Under the pieces are notes generated by a model that made no database searches, was not told the origin of the DNA, and saw nothing but the letters and a program-made list of their open reading frames with translations. The translations under genes and the position numbers were made by a program. From positions 1 through 43,500 of the forward strand of contig JBBCAX010000306.1 in NCBI GenBank assembly GCA_051382335.1: a stretch of DNA of 43,500 nucleotides, given 5' to 3'. This document shows positions 9,956 through 19,692 of this stretch, piece by piece (within the stretch, counting starts at the first letter, position 1; each line of letters begins with the position of its first letter). The DNA comes from Deltaproteobacteria bacterium TL4 (GTDB lineage Bacteria > SAR324 > NAC60-12).

Positions 9956-11401
9956 ATGTTAATTCGATATTCAAAATGGTTGACTTTATTGATATTATTT
10001 GTTTTACCTTCGGTGTTAACCTATGCGCAGGATGCCGGAGAACTGGAAAAACTCATTCGTGCTTCCAAAACACGGGCGCAGTTAGTGAAGCAAATTCAAA
10101 AGGGTGTGGTTCATATCCGCGTGGAAAAAATAATTAAGGGCCATGCGGGTCTTCAGCTTAATAATCCCTATGATTTGTTTAACGATGAATTTTTCAAACG
10201 ATTTTTTCCGGATCTGCAACATCCACGTCGTGATGAACGGACGCCCAATGAGCCACCGCTTGTCCAGGAAGGGTTGGGATCAGGTTCTATTGTTTCAAAG
10301 GACGGATATATTTTGACAAACCATCATGTGGTTGGAGACGCAGATAAAATTGTGGTGAAGCTTTATGATGGAAAAGAGTTGCAAGCAAAGCTTATTGGAA
10401 CCGATCCACAATCGGATATTGCGGTAATCAAGGTCGAGGACAAAGATCTGCCCTTATTGCCTATAGGAAATTCCGATGAAATTGAAGTCGGAGAATCTGT
10501 GATTGCGGTTGGTAATCCCTTCGGACTCTCACAAACGGTAACTTACGGTATTGTCAGCGCGAAAGGAAGATCCAATATTGGCATAGCGGATTATGAGGAT
10601 TTCATTCAAACCGATGCGGCCATTAACCCTGGAAACAGTGGTGGCCCTTTGTTGAATTTACGAGGGGAAATCATTGCGGTAAATACAGCAATTTTTTCAC
10701 GGAACGGAGGGTATCAGGGAATCGGGTTTGCGGTTTCGATCAATATGGCCAAACAAATCATGGAGTCCTTGATCAACACAGGAACGGTGTCCCGAGGATG
10801 GTTGGGAGTCGGTATTCAGGACGTTTCTCCCGACTTGGCAAAGATTTTTAATCTCAGCAGCACCAAAGGTTCTTTAGTCACAGGCGTCATGCGGGAAACT
10901 CCCGCAGAGAAGGCACAGCTTCAAAAAGGGGATGTTATCGTTAGTTTGAATGATAAGCCCATTGAAAATAGCAACCAGCTTCGTAATGAAATTGCCAATG
11001 CGAAAGCGGGAACGGAGGTCAAACTTAAGATTAATCGAGAAGGAAGCACCAAAAATATAACGATTGTCCTCGGGGAACGTCCTGGAGACCCCACTGTTGC
11101 CCGTCAGGAAAACGAAGTTGAGGCACTTGGAATGAAGGTCCAGGACTTGACTCCTGAACTGGCTGAACGTTTGGGGTATGAATTAAAGTCCGGAGTGTTG
11201 ATAGCAAAAGTGACTCCCAATTCTGCGGCAAGCAAGGCCGAACTGAAAAGTGGAATGCTGGTTCAGGAAGTCAACCGTCAGAGTGTTCAGAGCGAAGTTG
11301 ACTATCATAGAGCGTTGAAATCCGCAGACCTTAAAGAGGGGGTGTTGATGCTGGTACAAACCCAGCAAGGGTCGAAATACGTCATTCTAAAACAAGAATA
11401 A
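9956..11401 (+). CDS. degP: DegP/DegQ (HtrA) periplasmic serine protease with two PDZ domains
   Basis: Signal peptide from ATG 9956; GSGSIV, ILTNHHVV (His), SDIAVIK (Asp), DAAINPGNSGGPL (Ser), RGWLGV PDZ1 and a second PDZ. Confidence 0.93.
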   Translation: MLIRYSKWLTLLILFVLPSVLTYAQDAGELEKLIRASKTRAQLVKQIQKGVVHIRVEKIIKGHAGLQLNNPYDLFNDEFFKRFFPDLQHPRRDERTPNEPPLVQEGLGSGSIVSKDGYILTNHHVVGDADKIVVKLYDGKELQAKLIGTDPQSDIAVIKVEDKDLPLLPIGNSDEIEVGESVIAVGNPFGLSQTVTYGIVSAKGRSNIGIADYEDFIQTDAAINPGNSGGPLLNLRGEIIAVNTAIFSRNGGYQGIGFAVSINMAKQIMESLINTGTVSRGWLGVGIQDVSPDLAKIFNLSSTKGSLVTGVMRETPAEKAQLQKGDVIVSLNDKPIENSNQLRNEIANAKAGTEVKLKINREGSTKNITIVLGERPGDPTVARQENEVEALGMKVQDLTPELAERLGYELKSGVLIAKVTPNSAASKAELKSGMLVQEVNRQSVQSEVDYHRALKSADLKEGVLMLVQTQQGSKYVILKQE

Positions 11402-11469
11402 TTTTCTGTTTTCTTAAGATTCCTGGAGAAAACTATTTTGATACGAATCATGATTTTTGATATAGCTTT

Positions 11470-13248
11470 ATGAAAGTACTGATTGTGGGAAGTGGTGGTC
11501 GAGAGCATGCTCTTGCCTGGAAAATGAGACAAAGCCCTCAAGTTTCTCAAGTTTATGTCGCTCCTGGAAATGAGGGGATGAAGACTCATGCCGAAACTGT
11601 GGCTTTGAAGTCTCATGAGGAAATCATAAAGTTTGTTGAAGAGCAGCAAATACAACTGACAGTTGTTGGACAGGAAGTTTATCTGGTCAACGGTCTCTCC
11701 GATGAACTTGAAGCCAGAGGCCATCACGTTTTTGGCCCAAGTGCCGCCGCGGCACAACTTGAAGGCAGTAAATCCTTTTCCAAAGATTTCATGAAAAGGC
11801 ACAACATTCCTACAGCCGCTTATGGTGTTTTTACAGAGCTACTACCTGCCTTGGCCTATCTCAAAACCCAAGCTGCGCCCTATGTCATTAAAGCCAATGG
11901 ACTTGCGGCAGGAAAAGGCGTGTTGATCTGTCTGTCTTTTGAGGATGCGGAACAACAGGCTCGTGCCATTTTGGAAAAAAACGCGTTTGGTGACGCGGGA
12001 CGCAGTATTGTGATTGAAGCATTCATGCAGGGGGAAGAGGCTTCCTGTTTTGTTTTCACGGATGGAAGCGCGATGGTGCTTTGTCCTTTTGCGCAAGATC
12101 ACAAACGCATTGGTGATTTAGACTCCGGCTTGAATACAGGCGGCATGGGCGCCTACATTCCAGCACCTGTCGTTACCGAGGACGTAAGACAAAAGGTCCT
12201 CGAACAAATTGTCACACCGACTATCGTCGGCATGGCCAGCGAAGGAACGCCTTACAAGGGCGTTTTGTATATTGGTTTGATGATTGAGAATGGCGACCCC
12301 AAAGTGGTTGAATACAATTGTCGTTTTGGAGATCCTGAATGTCAGCCTTTGATGATGCAGCTTAAAAGCGATCTCTTCCCCCTGGCCATGGCTACGGTCA
12401 AAGGCACGCTGGCTTCTGAGAAACCGGAATGGCATGAGGGTGCCGTTGCCTGTGTTGTGCTTGCGTCTGAAGGGTACCCTGGCAGTTATCAAAAAGGAGA
12501 AATTATTTCTGGCTTTGATGCACACCAACCTGCGGAAAAGGAACAGGATTACTGTGTCTTTCATTCTGGAACCCGACTGGACGGTTCCGTGTACCGGACT
12601 GCTGGAGGACGCGTCCTGGGGGTGACCGCGAGGGCACCAAATTTGGAGAAAGCGCTGCGACGAAGCTACGAAGTGATTTCCTCTATTCATTGGAAGGGGA
12701 TGAATTATCGAACTGATATTGGCTTGAAAGGCTTGTTACATTATCGCGATCAACGGCCTAAAAATAGTGTCGGTATTCTGATTGGAAGTCAGAGTGACTT
12801 GGAAGTTGCCCGTAAAGCGACAGCCGTCCTGGAAGAGTTTAAAGTAGGATACCGCTTGGCTATTTCGTCGGCGCACCGTACCCCAGAACGTACACGGCAA
12901 TTTCTTCATGATTGTGAAAACGAAGGAATTGAGGTTTTTATCGCGATGGCAGGTATGGCCGCACATTTACCGGGTGTGATTGCCGCAGAAACAACCAGGC
13001 CTGTGATTGGTGTACCGATTGCCGCTACCATGCAAGGTATTGACGCCCTTTTGGCGATTGCACAAATGCCGCCTGGCATTCCGGTATCCACCATGGCAAC
13101 CAACGGTTCTGTCAATGCGGCGCTGAGCGCAATCGAGATCCTGGCTATTCGTTATACGGACTTGAGGGCACGACTTCGTCTTTATCGAATGGAAATGAAG
13201 CAACAAGTGATCAACGCACATCTCAGTGCTGGCCTGGAGGAACTCTAA
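11470..13248 (+). CDS. purD: Fused phosphoribosylamine-glycine ligase (PurD) and N5-CAIR mutase/AIR carboxylase (PurE)
   Basis: aa 1-~418 PurD (GSGGREHA, LAAGKGV, QDHKR, NTGGMG, EYNCRFGDPE, GGRVL, YRTDIG); aa ~434-592 PurE (GSQSD, SAHRTP, AGMAAHLPG, PVIGVP, QMPPGIPV); no stop between them. Confidence 0.96.
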   Translation: MKVLIVGSGGREHALAWKMRQSPQVSQVYVAPGNEGMKTHAETVALKSHEEIIKFVEEQQIQLTVVGQEVYLVNGLSDELEARGHHVFGPSAAAAQLEGSKSFSKDFMKRHNIPTAAYGVFTELLPALAYLKTQAAPYVIKANGLAAGKGVLICLSFEDAEQQARAILEKNAFGDAGRSIVIEAFMQGEEASCFVFTDGSAMVLCPFAQDHKRIGDLDSGLNTGGMGAYIPAPVVTEDVRQKVLEQIVTPTIVGMASEGTPYKGVLYIGLMIENGDPKVVEYNCRFGDPECQPLMMQLKSDLFPLAMATVKGTLASEKPEWHEGAVACVVLASEGYPGSYQKGEIISGFDAHQPAEKEQDYCVFHSGTRLDGSVYRTAGGRVLGVTARAPNLEKALRRSYEVISSIHWKGMNYRTDIGLKGLLHYRDQRPKNSVGILIGSQSDLEVARKATAVLEEFKVGYRLAISSAHRTPERTRQFLHDCENEGIEVFIAMAGMAAHLPGVIAAETTRPVIGVPIAATMQGIDALLAIAQMPPGIPVSTMATNGSVNAALSAIEILAIRYTDLRARLRLYRMEMKQQVINAHLSAGLEEL

Positions 13249-13868
13249 TGAGTACACAGCTTCCTATCGCGGTTTTGGTTTCTGGAAGCGGAACCAACTT
13301 ACAGGCCATTATTGATGCCAAGGAGAAAGATCATCTTCCCGTTGAGATCAGAGTCGTGCTGAGCAATAAAGAAAACTCGTTTGCGTTAGAGCGTGCGAAA
13401 CGTCACAACCTCCGTACCCTTTATGTTTCTCATAAAGATTATGATTCCCGTGAGGCGTTTGACGACGCTGTTCACAACGAACTGAAATCCTTAAAGGTTG
13501 AGTTCATTGTTTTAGCAGGTTTTATGCGCGTGCTTTCTGCTAAGTTTGTTGATCTATGGAAGAATCGTATCATCAATATCCATCCTTCTTTACTCCCCGC
13601 ATTTCCTGGTATCCATGCTCAAAAGCAGGCGTTTGAATATGGAGTGAAGGTTACGGGATGTACCGTTATGTTTATTGACCGTGGTGTCGATACGGGTCCC
13701 ATTATTATTCAAGCACCTGTCCCTGTTCTTTCCGATGATACGGAAGAATCCTTAATGGAACGTATTCTGAAGGAAGAACACCGAATTTTACCTCAAGCTC
13801 TCCGATGGATTGCTAACGGAGAGGTAAAAGTTGAGGACAGGCGTGTGATTTGTCCATCATTTCCGTGA
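13248..13868 (+). CDS. purN: Phosphoribosylglycinamide formyltransferase
   Basis: SGSGTNLQA, LAGFMR, INIHPSLLP, DTGPII, EHR. Confidence 0.97.
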   Translation: MSTQLPIAVLVSGSGTNLQAIIDAKEKDHLPVEIRVVLSNKENSFALERAKRHNLRTLYVSHKDYDSREAFDDAVHNELKSLKVEFIVLAGFMRVLSAKFVDLWKNRIINIHPSLLPAFPGIHAQKQAFEYGVKVTGCTVMFIDRGVDTGPIIIQAPVPVLSDDTEESLMERILKEEHRILPQALRWIANGEVKVEDRRVICPSFP

Positions 13869-13898
13869 GTTCATTGGTCCTAATAGAAGAAAATCTTT

Positions 13899-15128
13899 AT
13901 GGAAAATACTATTCTGATTTCTAATGTCAGTGATGCCTCCTTTGCTATCAGTGTTGCTCATAACTATGAACAGCAAGTTGAAATATCTGATATTGTTTCA
14001 CTCAAAACTTTTGCAAACCAAGAGTTCTGTTCTCGTTTTTTGCTTGAGGGCGTTACTGAAGAAACCCTGGGTTACGGGCTGAAGGGAAAGTCCGTTTGTA
14101 TTGTTTCAACAGCGTCTCCCCACTACACCCGCAATGAATTAGCAATGCGGAATTTTATTTTGGCAAGAGCAGCAAAAGAGAATGGCGCGGAGTATGTGGC
14201 CTTGATTGAACCTGATTTATTTTACTCAGCCCAAGATCGAGGCCCCAGAACCATAGACCACCCTCAAGTCACTGACTTTGACTCTCGCCAAAAGTTTGCG
14301 GGACAGCCCTGTTCTTCATTGCTCTATGCCCAACTGCTCAAAGAAGCAGGGGTAGACTTGGTGATGACGGTACATAATCACAAACCTGAAGTCATGAAAC
14401 ATATCTATCAGAACACCTTTCAAGGGGATAACGCTTTAGGTAAACTTTGTTTTATCAATCTTGATATTTCTCACATTGTAGCCAATTATATTCTGAATTC
14501 AGGGCTAGCACGACTGGAGAATCACGGAAAGTATGTTGGCTTTGTCGCCCCCGACCGAGGTGCGACCGGTTTCGCAAATCATGTACGCGAATACACGGGA
14601 CTTCACAATTCAGTTCTGGTAACCATCGATAAGAAGCGTCATGGTCAGCGAGAGGTGGAGTTGAATATCTCCGATGATATTGAGCTGCTGAAAGGACGGG
14701 ATGTTTTTGTGTTGGATGATATGGTTCGGACCGGAGGGACGATTTCTGCGAACATGAATCTGCTCGCGGAAAATGAAAAGGCGTGTCCTGAAAATATTTT
14801 CTTCTACTGTACCCATACCTATATTTCACCCGAAGGAAGAGAAAATCTGAATTCGAAGAATTTAAAGCAGTTCATCACAACCAACACGATCCCGAATATT
14901 TTGAACAGGGATGATCAAGGACGTTTACGGAAAAAAACGGTTGTCTTGAAAATTGAAAAATGGATTGCGAATGCCATTGTGCAGTGCCTTGAACATGGGA
15001 ATGATCCCTCGAATTATTATGGACTTTCCAGTGTTCCCCATGCCGGAGCGTGGTATGATGTTGATATTTCTTCTAAAAATCCACGGCGTTATCAAAAACG
15101 AGTCGCCCAATATGAATTGGAAATTTAA
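13899..15128 (+). CDS. prs: Ribose-phosphate pyrophosphokinase-like protein (divergent, 409 aa)
   Basis: YSAQDR loop, VAPDRG, IDKKR, PRPP-binding VLDDMVRTGGT, CTH and TTNTIP; lies in the pur cluster. Confidence 0.8.
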   Translation: MENTILISNVSDASFAISVAHNYEQQVEISDIVSLKTFANQEFCSRFLLEGVTEETLGYGLKGKSVCIVSTASPHYTRNELAMRNFILARAAKENGAEYVALIEPDLFYSAQDRGPRTIDHPQVTDFDSRQKFAGQPCSSLLYAQLLKEAGVDLVMTVHNHKPEVMKHIYQNTFQGDNALGKLCFINLDISHIVANYILNSGLARLENHGKYVGFVAPDRGATGFANHVREYTGLHNSVLVTIDKKRHGQREVELNISDDIELLKGRDVFVLDDMVRTGGTISANMNLLAENEKACPENIFFYCTHTYISPEGRENLNSKNLKQFITTNTIPNILNRDDQGRLRKKTVVLKIEKWIANAIVQCLEHGNDPSNYYGLSSVPHAGAWYDVDISSKNPRRYQKRVAQYELEI

Positions 15129-15144
15129 TGTTTTTTAGATTGGT

Positions 15145-16077
15145 ATGAACTCTTCACAAGCTATTTTGCTCATCAAAACGCTTCAAGAAAACCTGGTCGC
15201 TTTATTTGGGCGTCCTTCTCCTGTCATTCGATACGCGCTGGCCTCAATACTCGCTGGGGGACATATCCTGTTGGAAGACATTCCCGGGATGGGAAAAACC
15301 ACTTTTGCCCAAATGATCAGTCACGTCCTCCAGCTTGATTTTCAACGCATTCAATTTACCTCAGATCTGATGCCTTCGGACATCGTCGGAGTTGAAATTT
15401 ATTTACAACAACTCGGAAGCTTTGAATTCAAAAAAGGTCCTTTGTTTCATAATTTAGTACTTGCCGATGAACTCAACCGAGCGTCTCCCAAGACCCAGTC
15501 TGCTTTATTGCAAGCCATGACGGAAGATGCGATTGATATTGGGAACCATCAACATCCGCTACCGCAACCGTTTGTTATTATTGCGACGCAAAACCCTGTC
15601 ACCTTTGCTGGAACCTATCCGCTTCCGGAGTCACAACTGGATCGCTTTATGGTCAAACTTTCCATCGGATATCCGCCGGAGATACTCGAAAAACAATTGA
15701 TTCAAAAATCCCAACTTAACATCTTTGAAAATCAACGTCCAGAATTGAAGCCCAAAAATCCGGTGAATCTCCTTGAGTTACGCTCTGCCGTTGAAGAGGT
15801 AGCGGTCCGGAACGAGTTAATTGATTATTTGTATCAGATCGTGAACCGAACCAGAAATCATTCGGAAATAAAGATGGGAGTCAGTCTGCGCGGTGCGTTG
15901 TTATGGATGCGCCTGTGTAAAGGACTGGCGTTATGTCACAAAAGAGACTACGTCATCCCTGATGATCTATGTGATTCCTTTATTCCTGCAAGCTTACACC
16001 GTATGGTCTTTAACCGTCCGGAGCAGGGGGAAAAGATTGCAACCGAGTTGCTAGAGGAATTTCCTTTTCCTGCATAA
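15145..16077 (+). CDS. MoxR-family AAA+ ATPase
   Basis: LLEDIPGMGKT, RIQFTSDLMPSD, LADELNRASPKTQSALL, ATQNP, GTYPLPESQLDRF. Confidence 0.93.
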   Translation: MNSSQAILLIKTLQENLVALFGRPSPVIRYALASILAGGHILLEDIPGMGKTTFAQMISHVLQLDFQRIQFTSDLMPSDIVGVEIYLQQLGSFEFKKGPLFHNLVLADELNRASPKTQSALLQAMTEDAIDIGNHQHPLPQPFVIIATQNPVTFAGTYPLPESQLDRFMVKLSIGYPPEILEKQLIQKSQLNIFENQRPELKPKNPVNLLELRSAVEEVAVRNELIDYLYQIVNRTRNHSEIKMGVSLRGALLWMRLCKGLALCHKRDYVIPDDLCDSFIPASLHRMVFNRPEQGEKIATELLEEFPFPA

Positions 16078-16098
16078 TTTTACTTTTGGAACAATAAC

Positions 16099-17484
16099 AT
16101 GGCCTTAAAAAATATTATTCTTCTGGGGATTGGAGGCGTGGGTTGGCATTTAGCCAAGCGTTTGGTTCATGAAGGACATTCTGTGACTGTGATTGAATCA
16201 GACCCCAACATCATTGCCTATGCAAGTGAGCAACTGGACGCCCGTATTGTGACTGGTAGTGCCATGGAAAGTTCAAAATGGGAAGAAGCTCATGCGGAAA
16301 AAGCGGACTTATTGATTGCGGTTACCGATAATGACGCTTTGAACATGCTCTCCGCGCTGATTGCCGATAAATTCAAAATTCCTCAAAAAATTGCAAGAGT
16401 ACGCTCTCTGGATTTTGGTGAGGGGGCGCCCTTGCTTTCAGCAGAATCGTTAAAAATTGATCTGATGATTCATCCCGAAGAGTTGGTGGCTCAGGAAATT
16501 GTCAAACTGATTCAACGTTCTGCAGGTAACGATTTGATTGATATTGGTCAGGGACAGATGAAAGTCCTGGCTTTCAATGTCAACGAAAACTCTCCTTTTG
16601 TGAACAAAACTGTCGAAGAAATTTCATTACTCCATAGTAAAGTTCCCTTCAAAGTTGTTGCTATTGCCCGAGGTATCACTACCATCATTACCTCTGGTGA
16701 ACAGGTCGTTTTGCCGAATGATCATTTATTTATCTTTGCTTCTAGTGAAGATATCTATCGGTTAATGAAAATCATAGGAATTCAGCATCAAAGTCTTCAC
16801 CGCCTTATGATTTTAGGAGGAGGGTTAGTCGGAAAACGTGTTGCTGAATTGTTGGAAAAAACGATGAAGGTCAGTATTATAGAGAATAATGAGCAATATG
16901 CAGAGGAACTCGCCCTATCCTTATCCAGAACTCAGGTTCTTCATGGTGACGGAACGGATGCGAATGTGTTGATCATGGGAGGACTCACAGAGATGGACTC
17001 CTTTATCGCAACGACGGGAGACAATGAAACGAATATCATCAGTTGTTTGTTAGCAAAACATTTAATGAATAAACGAAACCGGGAAGAATACGGCAGTGTT
17101 GGTAAAACCATCGCATTAGTTAATAAAGAAGATTATATGGTCTTGGCATCCACCATCGGATTGGATATCGCATTGAACACTAAAATTTCCGCGGCAAATG
17201 AAATATTTAAATTTATTGGTCGGAGTGAACTGCTCTCGGTGGCGCATTTGCATGGTGTTGACGCAGAAGTTGTCGAAGTTGTTGCTGCACCTCGGTCTTG
17301 GGTTACGCGGAAACCGTTACGGAAATTGATGCCTGGATTAGCAGACGGTATTCTTCTGGGAGGATTAGTCCGCGAAAATATATGGTCGATCACAACTCCT
17401 GATACTCATATCCAGGAAGGGGATCGGGTTATTGTTATTTGCGCGTCTCAAGCTCTGAAAGATGTTCGTAAATTATTCAATTAA
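16099..17484 (+). CDS. trkA: Trk potassium uptake regulatory subunit
   Basis: Two RCK-N Rossmann motifs (GIGGVG, GGGLVG), each followed by an RCK-C domain; 461 aa. Confidence 0.92.
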   Translation: MALKNIILLGIGGVGWHLAKRLVHEGHSVTVIESDPNIIAYASEQLDARIVTGSAMESSKWEEAHAEKADLLIAVTDNDALNMLSALIADKFKIPQKIARVRSLDFGEGAPLLSAESLKIDLMIHPEELVAQEIVKLIQRSAGNDLIDIGQGQMKVLAFNVNENSPFVNKTVEEISLLHSKVPFKVVAIARGITTIITSGEQVVLPNDHLFIFASSEDIYRLMKIIGIQHQSLHRLMILGGGLVGKRVAELLEKTMKVSIIENNEQYAEELALSLSRTQVLHGDGTDANVLIMGGLTEMDSFIATTGDNETNIISCLLAKHLMNKRNREEYGSVGKTIALVNKEDYMVLASTIGLDIALNTKISAANEIFKFIGRSELLSVAHLHGVDAEVVEVVAAPRSWVTRKPLRKLMPGLADGILLGGLVRENIWSITTPDTHIQEGDRVIVICASQALKDVRKLFN

Positions 17485-17821
17485 GTCACCATGGCTTTAT
17501 GGTGGTTTGGGTGTGTGTTTTCTGTTTGTCAGTTGCTCCTCGACGCCTCAGGCTTATGATTATCCCACAGCAGCATCGCAGGAAATTGACAGATTTTGTC
17601 AATTTGCCATGCATCATTGGGGAAAACGTCATTTTGTTGTAGAAACAGGGAAAGTTATTTTGCAACGTCCTTTTTACTCAGGAGCTGCCAGCCAGGCTCC
17701 TTTGACATCACTGCCAGATGGAATTTATTATTGTGGTCAAGAAACACCTCAAAAGTTTCCTTGCGCGGTTGGCGCGACTCGTGGGATGAATGGAGAAAAT
17801 TGTCTTTTTGAAGCTCAGTAA
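17462..17821 (+). CDS. Putative lipoprotein
   Basis: Hydrophobic N-terminus ending in lipobox-like FVS-C; four further Cys in the mature part. Overlaps the trkA 3' end. Confidence 0.6.
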   Translation: MFVNYSIKSPWLYGGLGVCFLFVSCSSTPQAYDYPTAASQEIDRFCQFAMHHWGKRHFVVETGKVILQRPFYSGAASQAPLTSLPDGIYYCGQETPQKFPCAVGATRGMNGENCLFEAQ

Positions 17822-17864
17822 AATAGGGTATTAAAAAAATAGAAAAATCTTAAATTTGGGCTTG

Positions 17865-17893
17865 TTGCCGTATCCACTTCTATGATATATCTT
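17865..17893 (+). promoter_or_regulatory. Possible sigma70 promoter for ftsA
   Basis: TTGCCG-17 bp-TATCTT in the AT-rich spacer upstream of ftsA. Confidence 0.3.
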
Positions 17894-17984
17894 ATCAAAT
17901 CTAAATTAGGGATTGCGTTATTTAAATTAATCCTCTATTTATATGAGAATATAGTCTTGAAAAGGATAGTGGCGAGGAGCATGG

Positions 17985-19421
17985 ATGCCAACACGTAATA
18001 AAAACAACAATATCATTGTCGGACTTGATATTGGTACAACCAAAATATGTGCTATTGCGGCGGATGCGAATAGTCGTGATGTTTTGAATATTGTCGGTGT
18101 AGGGACGGCAAAATCGGAAGGCTTGCGCAAAGGTGTCGTGGTTAATATCGAAAAAACCGTGCAAGCCATCAAGAAAGCCGTCGAAGAATGTGAGTTGATG
18201 TGTGGTCAACAAATCCATTCTGTTTATGCGGGTATTGCGGGACATCACATCAAAGGCCGAAATAGTCACGGGATGGTCACGGTTTATCATAATCGTACTG
18301 TTTCCAAGGAAGATATTCGCCGTGTTATTGATGCCTCTCAGGTATTGATACCCAATGATCGCGAGGTTCTGCACATCTTACCTCAAGAATTCATCGTAGA
18401 CGACCAGGATGGTGTTCAGAATCCTCTGGGGATGTCGGGTGCCCGACTGGAAGTCAATGTTCACATCGTAACGGGCTCTGTCACTTCTGCGCAAAATATC
18501 ATTAAATGTTGTAATCTTGCAGGTTTGGATGTAGAGGACATTGTTCTCGAACCCTTAGCCTCCAGCCAGGCGGTGCTCAGTTCGGATGAGCAGGAAGTAG
18601 GCGTGGTGTTGGTTGATATTGGAGGAGGAACCACCGATATTACCATCTACACGGAAGGAAGTATTGTTCATACGGCTGTGCTTGCTTTGGGGGGAAATCA
18701 TTTAACTCATGATATTGCGATTGGATTACAAACGCCGTTAGCAGAAGCCGAAGAAATCAAGCACAAGTATGGCATCGCCATGCTAGGTAAGCTCAAATTA
18801 TCTTCACGTACCTTCAAAAAGATGACATCCCACCTTCCTGAAGATATCCTCACTCAACTCAAAGTAATCGAAAATAAAGAGTTCAATAAAGAAGAAGACT
18901 TTCTCACAGAAGTCAAGACATTGATCGGAGTCGAACAGACCAATCGTTTTAAAACCTTGTTGCGAAAATACGCAACCATGGACTCGTTGGTTGAAGCTGA
19001 TGAAATGATCCAGGTTCCAAGCGTCGGAGGGCGAAAAGCGCGGACGATTCAGAAGCAAGTGCTGGTTGATATCATTGAAGATCGATTCCGTGAAATTTTT
19101 GAGTTTATTGCACAAGAAATTGAAAAATCCCAGTATCGTAATGTTGTGGCATCCGGTGTCGTGATTACCGGAGGAACCTGTATTATGCCCGGAGCGGATG
19201 AGCTGGCACATGAAGTATTGAAATTGCCTGTACGTGTGGGATTTCCAGAAAACGTCAGTGGATTGCAAGAGCTCATTTATTCGCCAAAGTATGCCACGAG
19301 TGTTGGGCTGGTGCGATATGGACTCAATAATCAAAGTAAAGTTCGGTTTTCAGGAGACGAAACTAATTTATTTCACAAAGTCTCTCGAAGGATGAAAGAC
19401 TGGCTACATGAGTTTTTCTAA
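17985..19421 (+). CDS. ftsA: Cell division protein FtsA with a 66-aa insertion
   Basis: RBS GAGGAG; GLDIGTTK, GLRKGVVV, VDIGGGTTD, GGNHLTHD, VITGG and C-terminal amphipathic helix (RRMKDWLHEFF). Confidence 0.97.
   Translation: MPTRNKNNNIIVGLDIGTTKICAIAADANSRDVLNIVGVGTAKSEGLRKGVVVNIEKTVQAIKKAVEECELMCGQQIHSVYAGIAGHHIKGRNSHGMVTVYHNRTVSKEDIRRVIDASQVLIPNDREVLHILPQEFIVDDQDGVQNPLGMSGARLEVNVHIVTGSVTSAQNIIKCCNLAGLDVEDIVLEPLASSQAVLSSDEQEVGVVLVDIGGGTTDITIYTEGSIVHTAVLALGGNHLTHDIAIGLQTPLAEAEEIKHKYGIAMLGKLKLSSRTFKKMTSHLPEDILTQLKVIENKEFNKEEDFLTEVKTLIGVEQTNRFKTLLRKYATMDSLVEADEMIQVPSVGGRKARTIQKQVLVDIIEDRFREIFEFIAQEIEKSQYRNVVASGVVITGGTCIMPGADELAHEVLKLPVRVGFPENVSGLQELIYSPKYATSVGLVRYGLNNQSKVRFSGDETNLFHKVSRRMKDWLHEFF
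18780..18977 (+). other. In-frame 198-nt insertion in ftsA encoding a helical module
   Basis: Removing it restores YGIA-MDSLVEADEMIQVPSVGGR, ungapped against E. coli HGCA-LGSIVGKDESVEVPSVGGR. CCATG direct repeat at 18778-18782 and 18976-18980. Confidence 0.85.
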
Positions 19422-19502
19422 TACCTGGAAGTCAGTGTCATAGCAGATCATTTTCTGATTAGGCGGAAGAGAATGAAAGTTTTTACCCCTGCGCTTCTCC
19501 GT

Positions 19503-19692
19503 GTTTCCAGGAAGGGACGACAGGGATGTTTTCGTGCGAGGTGCGCGTGACAGGTGTGACTATGGAAGTTCACCGGCAGACCAGGATGGTGTTGTTCTAC
19601 TTGATGTAATGAATGGGGCCCTAAATTTGTAAAGGGAGGATGTCTGTTGTGCTAATCATGGATCTCTTGTTCAAGGGATGGCCTTTCTTTTT
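19503..19692 (+). ncRNA. Putative CsrA/RsmA-binding RNA (sRNA or ftsZ leader)
   Basis: Cluster of GGA motifs, several in stem-loops: GACAGGGATGTT, GGTGTGACTATGGAAGTTCACC, ACCAGGATGGT, TTCCAGGAAGGGA; ends in a weak hairpin plus T-run. Confidence 0.5.

Noticed and set aside
12118..12690. Long antisense or alternate-frame ORFs (also 11305-11802, 18804-19334, 41993-42472 and others)
   Set aside because: They are shadows of conserved genes on the opposite strand with no independent evidence.
18780..18977. Intein or self-splicing intron in ftsA
   Set aside because: No Cys/Ser start, no His-Asn end, far shorter than mini-inteins, and no group I/II intron features.
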